DNA of 64,000 bases from the human T2T-CHM13v2.0 reference genome, Homo sapiens, in assembly GCF_009914755.1 (NCBI RefSeq), contig NC_060938.1; one strand, written 5' to 3'. The notes beneath the pieces are model-generated. The model saw only the letters and a program-made list of their open reading frames with translations. It was not told the DNA's origin and did no database searches. The translations under genes were made by a program, and so were the position numbers. Positions 1 through 13,650 of this stretch are shown here, one piece after another; positions within the stretch are counted from its first letter, which is position 1, and the number at the start of each line of letters is the position of its first letter.

Positions 1-472
1 GTGTTGTGTTTGCAACCCTAGACTTAAAGAATAACAGTTGGGAGAGGGATAGAGGGGATGAAATTATTAGCCAGGCTATTAATTTCAGACTGGTTCTAGT
101 TCTGTGAATATTTATGAAATCCCATCAAAGTCACCCTGCCCCCACCTTTGTATTGGCTATGGTGGTGGGGGATGGGAGGTGAGGGATTACGATTCTGTTT
201 CCTGGGAGTACAATGGAGGAACATCCTATGGATTTAAGGAGATGATGTCAGCAGCAGGCCTTACTCACAGTGTGTGCTCACAGACCCTAGCAATGATTGC
301 CACTGTGGGGGCTCACTGCTCAACAGAGCAGCCCACCTCCCACTAACACCCATTCCCTCATGGTTGGAAGAGTTGGGCAGGGCCTCATCTGCCTTAGAGT
401 TCTTTAGGGAGCACCTTTCTCCTTGTTTAGTATTTGGGAGGAGGCAAGAGAGAGGAAAGTGCACTAAGGAGA

Positions 473-667
473 GGCCAAGTCTGGCCCACTGCCTGTTTTT
501 ATAAATAAAGTTTTATTGGAAACACAGCTACACCCATGAGTTTAGTCCTTGTCCATAGCTGTTTAAGTACTGCAATAGGAGCTGAGTCGTTGCAACAGAG
601 GCCATATAGCCAGCAAAGTAAAAAATAATTACTGTCTGGCCCTCTATAGAAAACGTTTGCCAACCTC
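473..667 (+). mobile_element. MER58A-like hAT-Charlie MITE
   Basis: Matches recalled MER58A: 'ggcccactgcctgtttttataaataaagttttattggaaacacagc...ctggccctctatagaaaacgtttgccaacc'. Confidence 0.85.
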
Positions 668-1159
668 ACCAGAGAAGGTAATTCTGAGAATTAGCCCTTC
701 CTAAAGACCAGGCAAGGTCACCTGGCTAGTCCAGCAGGAAAGTCTCACTTCTTCACCTTCCCTTTTGTCATCTTTGGGGGCAGCTGCCCCTACGGAGCTT
801 AGGAGGAAGCAGTTCGGTACACAGCTGGCACAGAGAAGGCAGCCCCACAATCATTTGTCCTATCATCCCATCTTTACCCCAAGTAGGTCACTTATCATTA
901 GCCCTTGGGTTAACAGAGACAGACGGAAGCAGCCTTGGAAGCCACATATGGCTGCACAGTGACAGGTTGTCACTACACAGAGGCATCTGGCCCAGGGGCA
1001 TCCAGGGGCTGACGTGCAGATTGTGCCACTCACCAAGCTGTGTACCCAGTGTGGGCCACCTGTGCCCAGAGGACAAACACCTCCTCTTAGTTTTCATAAA
1101 AGAACCCATGAGGCATATGAGCTAATGTGGTTGCCCTCCAGGGGCTGGGCTGGATATCC

Positions 1160-1242
1160 ATCCTGGCTCTGACCTTGGGCAAGAGACACACATTATCTGA
1201 GCCTCAGTTTCCTCATCAGTAAAATGGGAGCAAGAGTAGCGC
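1160..1242 (+). mobile_element. MIR SINE, 5' part (split by MLT1D)
   Basis: MIR core 'ctgagcctcagtttcctcatcagtaaaatggg'; continues after 1710. Confidence 0.8.
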
Positions 1243-1710
1243 TGTGCTAGGCTGATGAAGGCCCTCCAAAGATACCCCTTGAACCCATGAATATGTTTCC
1301 TTAGATGGCAAAAGGGACTCTGAAGATGTGACTAAGTCAGGATCTTGAGATGGGAGACCATCCTGCATTATCCAGGTGGGCCCAATGTCATCACAGGGGT
1401 CCCCATGAGAGGGAGCAGGGGGTCAGAGTGAGCTCTCAGAATGTGACAAAGGAAGCCAGAGGTTGGAGTAACGCAAGGAAGGGGCCACAAGCCCGGGGGT
1501 GTAGGCTGCCTTTCCAAGCCAGAAAAGGCAAGGAAACAGATTTTCCCCTGGAGCCTCCAGAAAGACCCAGCCCCACCAACACCTTGACTTTAGCCTAGTG
1601 AGACTAATTTTGGACTTCTAGTATCAGAACTATAAGGTACTAAATTGATGTTGTTTTAAGCACTAAATTTGCAGTCATTGGTGACAGCAGATGTAGGAAA
1701 CTCTACCACA
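1243..1710 (+). mobile_element. MLT1D-type MaLR solo LTR
   Basis: TG...CA ends; 'gatggcaaaagggactctgaagatgtgactaag' and 'aaaggcaaggaaacagattttcccctggagcctccagaa'; 5-bp TSD agcgc/agcac. Confidence 0.85.
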
Positions 1711-1812
1711 AGCACCTCCCCTAGAGGATCACTGTAGGGATGAACTGAGATGAGGCCTCTAAGCATCCGGTCCCTGGGGCACAGCTTGGAGCTCAGTAAG
1801 TGGGAGCCACTG
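1711..1812 (+). mobile_element. MIR SINE, 3' part
   Basis: 'agcacctcccctagaggatcactgtagggatgaactgagatgagg' continues the MIR consensus broken at 1242. Confidence 0.7.
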
Positions 1813-2265
1813 CCACTCGGTCAATACTGGGGCTTCCGAACCTCTGCCCCTATCCACCTCCTGCCTCTTTCCGGCCCCAGGAACCTCCTGGGGGAAACGA
1901 GGAGTGACCTCTGACCACGTGAGGAAGGGAAGGAGACCATATGGTGGAGATTACAGTCATTGCATCCTCGGCCCCTTCCAGACTTGCCCAACCACGGGAG
2001 GCAGGCCAGGTGGCCGTGAAGTCATTATTTACATGCCTCGGCTTGCGTCATTGGTTTCGAGTGCAGCCAGCGGTGAAAGCAAAAGTTCATCTCGGGCTGG
2101 TAGTGGGTGGCCAGCTGGCCAGATCATTCCCTGCAGTAATAAACCAGGCAGGGATGCAGTCACCCCGCCCACAGCCTTTCCCTGGGCTGCTTCAGCCCGC
2201 ACCACATTCCGGGCCCAGCTACAGCTCGTCTCTCCTCTGGGAGGCTTCGCCCAGTGACCCAGCCC

Positions 2266-2379
2266 CAGGGTGACCAACTCATCCCTGTTTGCCCAGGACT
2301 TTCCTGGTTTTAGCACTGAAAGCCCCGTGTCCAGGGAAGCCCTTAGGTCCTGGGCAATCTGAGAGGGTTGGTCACCCTA
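2266..2379 (+). mobile_element. MER81 hAT-Blackjack MITE (114 bp)
   Basis: TIRs cagggtgaccaac...gttggtcacccta and internal 'ggttttagcactgaaagcccc'. Confidence 0.9.
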
Positions 2380-2594
2380 CTCAGCTGTCAGTGTGGAGAG
2401 AGCCTGCCCCATGGTACTTGATCCTGCTCCCCAGTACAGGACGGCCTTGTTCTCTTTAGATTCTGCCTGGTCTCAGGGCCCGCCCCATGCTGACCCCCCA
2501 CCCAGCATCTTCTTCCTCTGGTTTGCCATGGCTCGCCCTGCCCCGGGGCCCGGACCAACCCACTTTGTTGGGGTCACTGCTCCTGTGTCTTTCT

Positions 2595-2760
2595 CATAGG
2601 CCTTCACTACCTTCCAGCTACATATTTGTCCCCAACTAGATCGTAAGCTCCAGGAGGGCAGGGACCCTTCTACTTGACTCAGGTCCCTGAAATCCTCAGC
2701 GCCTGCCACACTGCCTGGCTTATCACTGCACCTCAAAATATCATGTTTGGAGGATGGAGG
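2595..2760 (+). mobile_element. L2 LINE 3' end fragment
   Basis: 'ctagatcgtaagctccaggagggcagggac...cagcgcctgccacactgcctggc' is the typical L2 tail. Confidence 0.7.
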
Positions 2761-4469
2761 GGAGGAAGGAAGAAAGAAAGAAAGGCAGGAGGAGAATCCC
2801 CAAGTCACCTGTGTCCTTCGGACTCCTAGCCCACAATGTGACTGATGTTACAGAAAATGCGCTCCAGGCAGAAGACAGGCTGCTTGGCATTTAGCTGTGC
2901 GGTGAGGAATGGCCTGATCTGGCTGGTATGTGAGTCTAATGGGCTGGAGAGCAACGAGCAGCGGGGACGCACCGGGAGCTCCTGGGACTTCAGGCTCCCG
3001 TTTTTCAGATCTCTTAGACAGAGCCTTGCCCCAGAAACCGTCTGTACTGAGACTTCACACAAGGCCCCATCTGTGTGTGGATATAAACCAGAGCAGCTGA
3101 GAAACCCGCCCTCCCCTCTGAGACCTGGGCAAGGCTCTGGAGCACAGAGGAGGAGGCTGGAGCGCATGCACTTTGATCCTCCAAAAGGGAGCTGCCCCCA
3201 CCTCAGACACCCCTCCCCCAAATTACTGAAGCCTATCCCCCCGCCCCCCCCGCTTACTCTGTGCAAGCAGAGTAAGCTTCGTGTCCATGGCAATGACCAT
3301 GGCCTTCAAAGTTCCTCTTCCCATCCTCCTGTGAGATGCCAGGGCCATGTGCGGGGTAGTCCTCCCTGGAGCTCTAGGCGGGGCCACCAGGACTCACCTC
3401 GGAGTCATGGGTGTGGAGACCGTAAGGAGGCTGTGCCAGAGCAGGCTGCAAGCTGGGCGGGATGACAATGTCACTGCCCACGTGCGTTCTTTCTTTCAGG
3501 CGTTCCCTCAGCAACAACTCATTGAGAGTGTGCTGTGTGCCAGGCCTAGGGCGGGAGAGCTGACACACATCAGCGGAGAGGCTGCCCTCATCTAGATAAA
3601 GGTTCTCCAAAATGTAATCACTGGGCAAAAGTGCAAATGGTTGAAAAATATTGACGTAATGCCATTTAGAAGATGGAAAACTCTGCTTTGCAGTGTCTGT
3701 GCGTCCACAGATAGAAATGCACAGGGAGAAAGTGGGACCCAGGATTACCCTGGGGAGAGGACTGGGAGGTGGACATGGTCAAAAGAGCCTTGACTCGGGT
3801 TTTTGCACAGAGAACATGTACACAGGTTATCTGTATAATTTTTTCATTCACATAATTAAATATTGAAAGGAAAAGAAAAAACAAGGCCGTAGGGCAGTTC
3901 TGATGTTGTACCCCTCAACAGCAACTCAGAGGTCATCTTCCAGTTTAACAAGAAAGACAAAATCCCTCATATCTGCCAAGATCTTTGCCATTTACAATAT
4001 AGACACACAACAGCCAGATGGACAGATAATACAGCTACCACTTAGCTTTTGCTGGGCTTAAAAACAAAACACTCCAAAATGTAGTCACTTATAGCCACAA
4101 TCATTTTTTTAGCTCATAATTCCGTTGGTCAGCTGGGTGATGTTCCTAGTCTGGGCCAGGATATTTGCTGATATTTGCTGGGCTCCCCCAAAAGTCGGTG
4201 ACCAGGTGGCACCTGGATGGTCTAGAATATTCCAACTCCTATGTCTCCTCACTCTCCTCTGCCTCACTCTCATGACCCAACAGGCTAGCTCATGCTTATT
4301 CACAGGATACCAAGAGAGGTGACGGGTGGGGGGCTGCGAGGCACCTGGGGGCCCCAGCTCTGAAATTCAGTGTCCCTTCCACACATTCCATTGCTCGAAG
4401 TAAGTCGCAAGCCCAGCTGTTGCCAAGTGGTGGGCAATAGACCCCACCCCACCCTGCTAACTAAGAAGA

Positions 4470-4595
4470 GAAATACCTCCTGTGTGCTAGACCCTGTGCT
4501 GAGCATTCAAGATAGATTTTCTCATTATCATCTCATAGGAGCCCTATGAGGAAGTTGTATAATTTCACTTTATAGATGAAGAAACTGAGGCACAC
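4470..4595 (-). mobile_element. MIR SINE
   Basis: 'ccctatgaggaag...cactttatagatgaagaaactgaggcac'. Confidence 0.75.
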
Positions 4596-4703
4596 TGTGG
4601 GTGTCAGAGAAGGGAATCTCTCCGATGGACTCCAGGAAGGCTTCTCCCCACCCACAAACTCTCCCCTAAGGATGCCTCAAATGTCACCTTCCCAACTCCC
4701 TCA

Positions 4704-5097
4704 TGCTATGAACTAGATTGTGCTCCCCCAAATTCATATGTTGAAGCCCTAACCCCAAGTGTGGCTGTATGTGGAGTAAGGAAGTAATTAAGATTAAATG
4801 AGGTTGTGAGGGTGGAGCCCTGATCCAAAAGGATGAGTGTCCTTGCAGGAAGAGACGCCAGAGGTGGAGCGCTCTCTCTCTCTCTCCACACTCCCCTGCA
4901 CCCTGCTGCCCGTCTTCATCATTTAAGGACAGAGAGGCAGCTGTTTGCAAGCCAAAAAGTGAGCCCTTATCAAAAACCAAACTGGCCAGCCCTTTGATCT
5001 CAGACTTCCAGCCTCCAGGACTGCAAGGAATACATTTCTGCTGTTTCAGCTGCCCAGCCCATGGTATTTTGTCACAGCAGCCACAGCAGACTAAGCC
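4704..5097 (+). mobile_element. MLT1A/B-type MaLR solo LTR
   Basis: 'tgctatgaactagattgtgctcccccaaattcatatgttgaagccctaacccc...gacttccagcctccaggactg...atggtattttgtcacagcagcc'. Confidence 0.85.
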
Positions 5098-5594
5098 TCC
5101 TCCCTCCCCTCTCTGTCCTCTTTTAAAATGCAGCGCCCCTTGATCCATGGTCAAGCGTTCCCCAGTCCCTCAGGTGCACCTGTTGTTCACTTCACCACTC
5201 CCCTTCCCATGAAGACAGACTCCAAAATGTTCCCAGGACAGTAGATTTCTGTTTAGAACCCATCTCAGCCCCAATTTTTCTCTGCTGTTTCTCCTTTTTA
5301 CTTCTCTACTTGGAAGACACAGGCTTAGCAATGACTGCTAGGATCCAAAGGGTGTTTCTTAGGTCTAAGGGAAACTGGAAGAGAAATAGTTCTGACACAC
5401 CTTGGCTGTCGGTGGGTGTCAGCTGTGAATATTTCATGCATGATGGGAATGGAGAGGGAACAGAGCTCCACCTGGCGGTGCAGGTGCCCCTGTCCCCACC
5501 TGCCTCCACTGCTGGAGCCCCCAGCTCCTCTCATGCAGTCAAGGGCAGAGGCACTGATGCTCAGACCTCTTCTCTCACCATCAGCCATATCACC

Positions 5595-5750
5595 TGGGTG
5601 GGGACATCTCTCAACCTCTCCAGCCCTCAGTTTCCCCACCTGTCAAAGAGAGACAGCAATGGCACTTTCTCCTAGGGTTGCTGTCAGCATTAAATAAGCT
5701 ATCACCCATCAAGTTCTTAGGGCAGTCTCTGACCCCCAGGAAGAACTAAT
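5595..5750 (+). mobile_element. MIR SINE
   Basis: 'cctcagtttccccacctgtcaa...tagggttgctgtcagcattaaataag'. Confidence 0.65.
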
Positions 5751-5949
5751 GCGTGTCCACTGTGGTACCCACAGTGTTCCCTGGAGGAAAGGGCTGGGGG
5801 GCAGGGACCTCAGTGCTGCCCACACACAGAGTCCAGCCCAGACCTCCCCTCCCTCCCCTCCCCACGGTGTTTACAGGGAACCCCCTGTGCATGGGAACAG
5901 AGCACGGGCATGGGCTTTACCCAGTCCACTCCTTCCTCTTCACAGCTAC

Positions 5950-6045
5950 ACTGTCCATGTTCCTAGGTGGGACAATGAGGCTAAGAAACTTAAGTACTTG
6001 TCCCAGGTGACACAGCTTGTGACACAGCTTGTGAACTGAGACTCA
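5950..6045 (-). mobile_element. MIR fragment with internal 12-bp tandem duplication
   Basis: 'gaggctaagaaacttaagtacttgtcccag' followed by (gtgacacagctt)x2. Confidence 0.6.
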
Positions 6046-7149
6046 GTCTCCTACTCATGTTTCTGGTTTCCTGGGATCTTGTAGGCACACTGTGAATGAG
6101 GAGAGAGGAATCCTGGAGGTTGTTCAGCGTCAGCTGCCACTGTGCCCCCATTGAGAACCAGTCTCAGCCCGAATTCAGCGACACCTGTGCACTTGCCTTC
6201 ATTCATGTCCTGCCATGGTGTTCACTGTGAGAAAAACAGAGACCTGGGCTGATTCAGTTCCCACCACCTATCATTGAGGTAAGCCGCTCAGCCCTTTTGA
6301 GCCTCCATCTCTCAAGGGTAAATGGGCTGATTAAACGTACTGACACATGTAATCCCCTGGCCTTGCACCGACGCACAGGGTAAATCGAGGATTCAAGGGT
6401 GAATGCGGATCCCTCTTTCTCAGCTTGAAACACCACACCTATGAGGTTAGCAGACCTCCTGGGTGCGCCCACGGCACCCACCAACACTTCCCACAGGTTT
6501 TGGCACATAGTAGGTGCTTAATACACCTACTGAAATAGAGACGGAATTGTATTAGTAGGGGCTTAAATTAGTAGGTGCTGAGATAGAGATGGAATTTAAT
6601 TAAGAAAGTATTTGTGTGAAGTGTTTCCAAGATAAATGGCTTTTTTGATTGTGTCTATTCTTGGAAAACACCACGTGTCCCAGAAGGGGCCACCGGAGGG
6701 CCTTTATGGGCACTGGCGTGACAGATCGGAGATTTAGAAAGAAATGCAGACAGATGAGGTGTGGGGGTGCTGGGGTGGGAAAAACTGAAGAGAGACAAGT
6801 TTTGGGGTGGGGCAGGAAGACCATTGGGTGGTCTATGCCAGGAATATCATGGCCACTGTGGGACAGGTGTGGAAGAGGCCAGTAGAGCCAGGCCTTGGGC
6901 TTCAGGGCCTGCTTACAGACTCAAGTCCCCTTCTGAGCTGGGTGGCTCAAGCATCTTCCTTCCTCCGTAAAATGGAGGTACGACAGGTCCCCATCTGTGT
7001 GCACATAGTGCACCGGGACTGATGGGCGCACAAGTGAGTACTGGCATCATTGTGTGTTGACACCCTGCAGCCATCTTGTGGGAGGCAGCTCTAGAGTGCA
7101 GGTACAGTTCTGCAGCCTGTGTGGATGCCACCTCTGCTACTTCCCCCAC

Positions 7150-7275
7150 AGGAACTTGGGCCAGTTGGTTAACACCCCTGAGAATTAGCTCTACCATCTG
7201 TAAAGTGGGGATGACACCTGCTCTCTAGGATCGTGTGCAGATTCAGTTGGTAAATGCTTGGCACTGAGTAAATGT
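7150..7275 (+). mobile_element. MIR fragment
   Basis: 'catctgtaaagtggggatgacacctgctctctaggatcgtgtgcagatt'. Confidence 0.55.
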
Positions 7276-7651
7276 TGGACAGAGGTCACTGTCCTTCCTG
7301 GTTGGACTCAAAAGATGGGGGAAGAGGCCACATGTCCCACTGCCTCCGGCTGCCTGGGCCCAGCATTTCACAGTGCTTTTGTTCTCTCCCAAGAACCTGG
7401 GTGCAGGCCCTGGGATTCCTCAGTAGGAACTCCTCCAGAAACTCACTGGGAAACATCTTAATCTGCACTGGCAATGGCCAGGGGCTGAGTCAAAGGAGGG
7501 GAAACGAACATTTTGGAAGCAAGTGTGTCAGCCGTGGGTCTCATTCATTGAAAGATATTTGAAAGCCTCTTTATCCAGCCTGGATGTGGCCTTTTCCAGA
7601 GATCAGAATGTTTCTCACTTCCCAGTGTTCCTGAGAAATCATACTTGGCCT

Positions 7652-7730
7652 TCCATTGAATAAGCCTTTATTGAGCACCTACTGTGTGCCAAGACCAGCG
7701 CTCAACACTAAAAAGACAAAAGTGTCCTCT
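7652..7730 (-). mobile_element. L2 3' end fragment
   Basis: 'tttattgagcacctactgtgtgccaagac'. Confidence 0.55.
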
Positions 7731-8091
7731 CTGTCACTTGTTCAGAGCACATTCCTGAGTGCCTGCATGCACTGAGCACAGTGCAAGGCCCAGAGGACAC
7801 ACAGATGAGATGCCCAGTCCATGCCCTGAAGGACACCACAGTTCCAAGTGCAAACAGCAAGAAACACAGCAAGCATGGAAAAGCCACTCTTGTCTCCTAC
7901 TGGTTCTCCAGAGCCTTCTTTCATCCTGAGTGTTAATGACATTTCAGAAGGAGCAAAGTGTTCAGCCACAAGCCTTCATGGGGCAATTCCAGACATCCCA
8001 GGAAAAGCCATGGAAAATATGGGAAGTGGGGGAATGGATCCTCTACAAAAATCTCTGAACGTCAGACCACATACATGATAGCTAAGAGCCA

Positions 8092-8150
8092 GTTCATCCA
8101 TCCATTCAGCAAATATTCACTGAGTGCCTACTACGTGCTGGGCACAGGAT
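8092..8150 (-). mobile_element. L2 3' end fragment
   Basis: 'ttcatccatccattcagcaaatattcactgagtgcctactacgtgctgggcac'. Confidence 0.65.
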
Positions 8151-8936
8151 CAAGAGCTTAGCATCCAAGTCTTACTTGTTTTCACTTCATCTCAGACAGA
8201 GCAGAGGCTACAGTTCTGGAAATCTACAGGCACATCCCCTGCATCATGGGCACTGGCTCCTTATGTGGGAGCCCAAGAAGCATATCGGAGACCCTTTTAA
8301 GAAAGCAACCACTTTCCTCTCAGGAGACCTATTGCCATTATTAATTCAAGAACATCTTGGAGAAATCACTTGCAGTCTGGGATGCTGGTTTGTGCAGAAA
8401 AATCTCTCCCTCTCATATGCCATGTGGTCATCTGCTTCTCTTTAAAGCTTTTAGATAAATAAGCCCCACATCAACTTGGCCTCCATTTCTGTAGCTATGG
8501 AAGTGGATTCTGGCTTGAATCACACAGACATGGGTTTCCCTTTGGAACAAGTCACATGGTTGACCTGTAGCCTCAGTATACAGATGAGAACTGGGGAGTT
8601 GGCAATATAAATTATTGAGAAGTACCATGAATTGTTCTTTTTTCAGAACTTAAAAAGAAAAGGAAAGAAAGGCAGGGGATAGAAACGCCAATCAGTTCAG
8701 AGTTTGCAGGTGGCTCCCAGGAATAGCTCCATCAAGGACCTGCCATGGAGCTCCAGAAGGGGAAGTTGCTGGTAGGAGCTGAGGACACAAGCTCAGGGTA
8801 ACCATAGTAGCTCCCATGTAGTGCGTGCCCCCCCCACCCCCGCTGCTCCCATAGAAATTACCAGCCAAAATTTGAGGTCCTGACGTGTTGACATGTGAAA
8901 GCAAGAGGAAGGGAGTTCCTAGGACAGAGGAGAGAA

Positions 8937-9934
<998 letters not shown>

Positions 9935-9946
9935 TTTTCCCACTCA
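9935..9946 (-). other. Polypurine tract of the provirus
   Basis: Minus-strand 'gagtgggaaaa' directly abuts the TG of the 3' LTR. Confidence 0.7.
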
Positions 9947-10099
9947 AGAGTCCAAGACCCAATTCTTTGGGAAACGGGATGAAGGTCAGTCTTCTCTAAC
10001 TGCTTCCTGCTGACAGAGGGGTGGTGGTGGTTGTTCTGTGGGTCTTGGACTCTTGCTAGCTGTCAGGGCAGGGTGGCTCCATGGGTTGGTGAAAGTGGT

Positions 10100-10942
10100 A
10101 TTCAGCCAGGTCCAAGGGAAATGGGCAGGATTTTATCTCTGTCGTGTCCCTCTGCTGGGCAGTCTAGGGGTCCGCTGTAGAAGGGTGACTTGAATATTGA
10201 GAGGATGGCATCCCTCACTGAGGATCATCTGGAGCTTGATGACCTGAAGGCAAGAGGAGATAAATGGAGTTATTAGATTTAGAGGACATGGACCAAAAAG
10301 GAGCAAAAATCAAAGACTAATGAGTGGAACCAAAAAGAGAAGAATCCAGGATAATTATTTCCAGGTTCCTTTCCAATTTTGCCAACTCTGGGAGCCTTGT
10401 TCCTGTAAATTGGAGGCTCAATTTAGGAGTTGTCTGATGTTGTCTTATACTTTTCCCAGTTGATTTACACAAAAGCATCATTTTTTATCTAAGGCTAAAC
10501 AAATTGTACTGGCCATTAACATCTCTAGTCCTTGATTGTTTTGGAGGATTACAGCTGCTAAAGAGTTGATTTGTTCTTGCAAGATTGTTAAGGTTTTGGC
10601 CATGGCCTCAATGTTGTTGATTTCCTTTGAGAGTTGGCTGTAGGTTAAGGAGACTTTTGTGATTCCAGCAATTCCAGCTCCTGTACTGGCTATGATGCCA
10701 AGTCCTGTGAGAAAAGGAATTAATTGGATAGCCCTCTTCACCCTGAGCAAGATGGAATGCCAGTGTATTGGTACTGGAAGAAAGAGATTGCCAAGGGCTA
10801 CAAAGATGTTCAGGGATACATAGTCTATGGTATAAGTTTCAGTCCACTTAGTGGGAAGGCATTGGTGAACTGATTGGCCACAAACATAGAAGACTCCTTG
10901 AGTTTTAAGACAAGTAGAGATGTTGAAATGAAATAGAGTCTG
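10100..10942 (-). pseudogene. env remnant (SU C-terminus plus TM), syncytin-2/HERV-FRD-like, disabled
   Basis: Frame open from ~10942 to 10478: FHFNISTCLKTQGVFYVCGQSVHQCLP...RVKR|AIQLIPFLTGLGI (furin site, fusion peptide), LQNNQGLEML (immunosuppressive domain), CLALDKK*C (CX6CC with a stop); downstream LLLFGPCPLNLITPF membrane/tail segment, with stops and frameshifts. Confidence 0.92.
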
Positions 10943-11239
10943 AGCCTGGCACAGTGGCTCATGCCTGTAATCCCAGCACTTTGAGAGGCTGAGGCAGGTG
11001 GATCACAAGGTCAGGAGTTCAAGACCAGCCTGACCAATATGGTGAAACCCCGTCTCTACTAAAAATACAAAAATTAGCTGGGGGGGTGGTGGCGCATACC
11101 TGTAGTCCCAGCTACTCAGGAGGCTGAAGCAGAAGAATCACTTGAACCTAGGAGGCAGAGGTTGCAGTGAGCCAAGATCGCACCACTGCACTCCAGCCTG
11201 GGTGACAGAGTGAGACTCCATCTCAAAAAAAAAAAAAAA
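10943..11239 (+). mobile_element. AluS inserted at the 5' edge of the env remnant
   Basis: Full dimer with poly-A; TSD ends in agtctga on both sides. Confidence 0.97.
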
Positions 11240-11739
11240 GTCTGACTCTTTAGCTAGGGGTCATAGCTAACTCCATATTTTCCTAAGCTTTACTTAGAAT
11301 TTAATGGCTTTAAAGCAGGCAAATTGTACAGTTATTAAGAGTTATAGTAGCAGTTTATGACCTTAAAGCATGTAGTATACCTAATGACCTTTGAAACTGT
11401 ACAATTTTTATAAATTCCCTTTCACAAATCTTTTCACAAATTACACAGACCAGCTATGACATGCTTGGACTTTCTGACTTGTCCTAAATATCCCTCTTTT
11501 AAAACAACCAGTCATTTTACTGTATGGCAAGAATTTACCATACAAGATCCTTTCTCATATAAAATCTCATTTCTTTATAATGTTCCTTACCAAAAATACC
11601 TCTGTACCTTTATAACCTTTGAATTAGGCAAAAGTCATTTTCCTTCTATTAGAAAGTTGCTGCTTGCACTACATGTTGCTGTGCAAGTCCTGTGAAGGGG
11701 AGCAGATAAGGAGGTTATCTACATACTGTAGAAGTTATC

Positions 11740-12110
11740 CCCCCCTCAAGAGATTGCTCAGTTAGATTTCTTGCTAGGGCTTGTCTGAATAAGTGTGGGC
11801 TATTTTTAAACCCCTGAAGTAGGACTGTGCAGGTTAAAGTTATTGGTTAAAGATTTAGGTAGCTTTCCCAGGAGAAACAGGGCTATTAGAGGGAAAGATG
11901 AATTTAGAGGTTGGGTAAATATTAAGGAGGCACCCATCTTGGAAAGTATATTTTTGCCCCAAAGGGGAGTGAATCTTTTCTTTTGGAGGGAGGGGGTGCA
12001 ATTTGTCCCCACTATCCAATATGATTGGGAAGAGAGTTGCTCAGAGAAGGAGATTAGCACAGAGTAGGCAGCTCTTGAATCCAAAAGGAAAATGTATAAT
12101 TTTACTTGAC
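11740..12110 (-). pseudogene. Retroviral protease / pol-start remnant
   Basis: ORF 11806-12084 has (L)DSRAAYSVL, a degenerate DSGA active site, and TPLWGKNILSKMGA, a degenerate GRD-L motif. Confidence 0.75.
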
Positions 12111-12169
12111 ACCTCCAGGAGTTGTCCTTGGCTTTGTCCTATTGATGATGATGTCTGATTTGGAAGCCA

Positions 12170-13650
<1,481 letters not shown>

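Noticed and set aside
2845-3465. Longest ORF (206 aa) and overlapping antisense ORFs
   Set aside because: No recognisable domain; Arg/Pro/Ser/Gly composition typical of chance ORFs in GC-rich DNA; no convincing exon structure
6505-6600. Short shuffled duplications (tagtaggtgct; gaaatagagacggaatt/gagatagagatggaatt)
   Set aside because: Small local slippage at a MIR/L2 tail with no sign of function
10478-10750. Calling this the syncytin-2 gene (ERVFRD-1)
   Set aside because: It has in-frame stops (including within CX6CC) and frameshifts, lacks the N-terminal SU and signal peptide, and has many substitutions; it is a disabled family member
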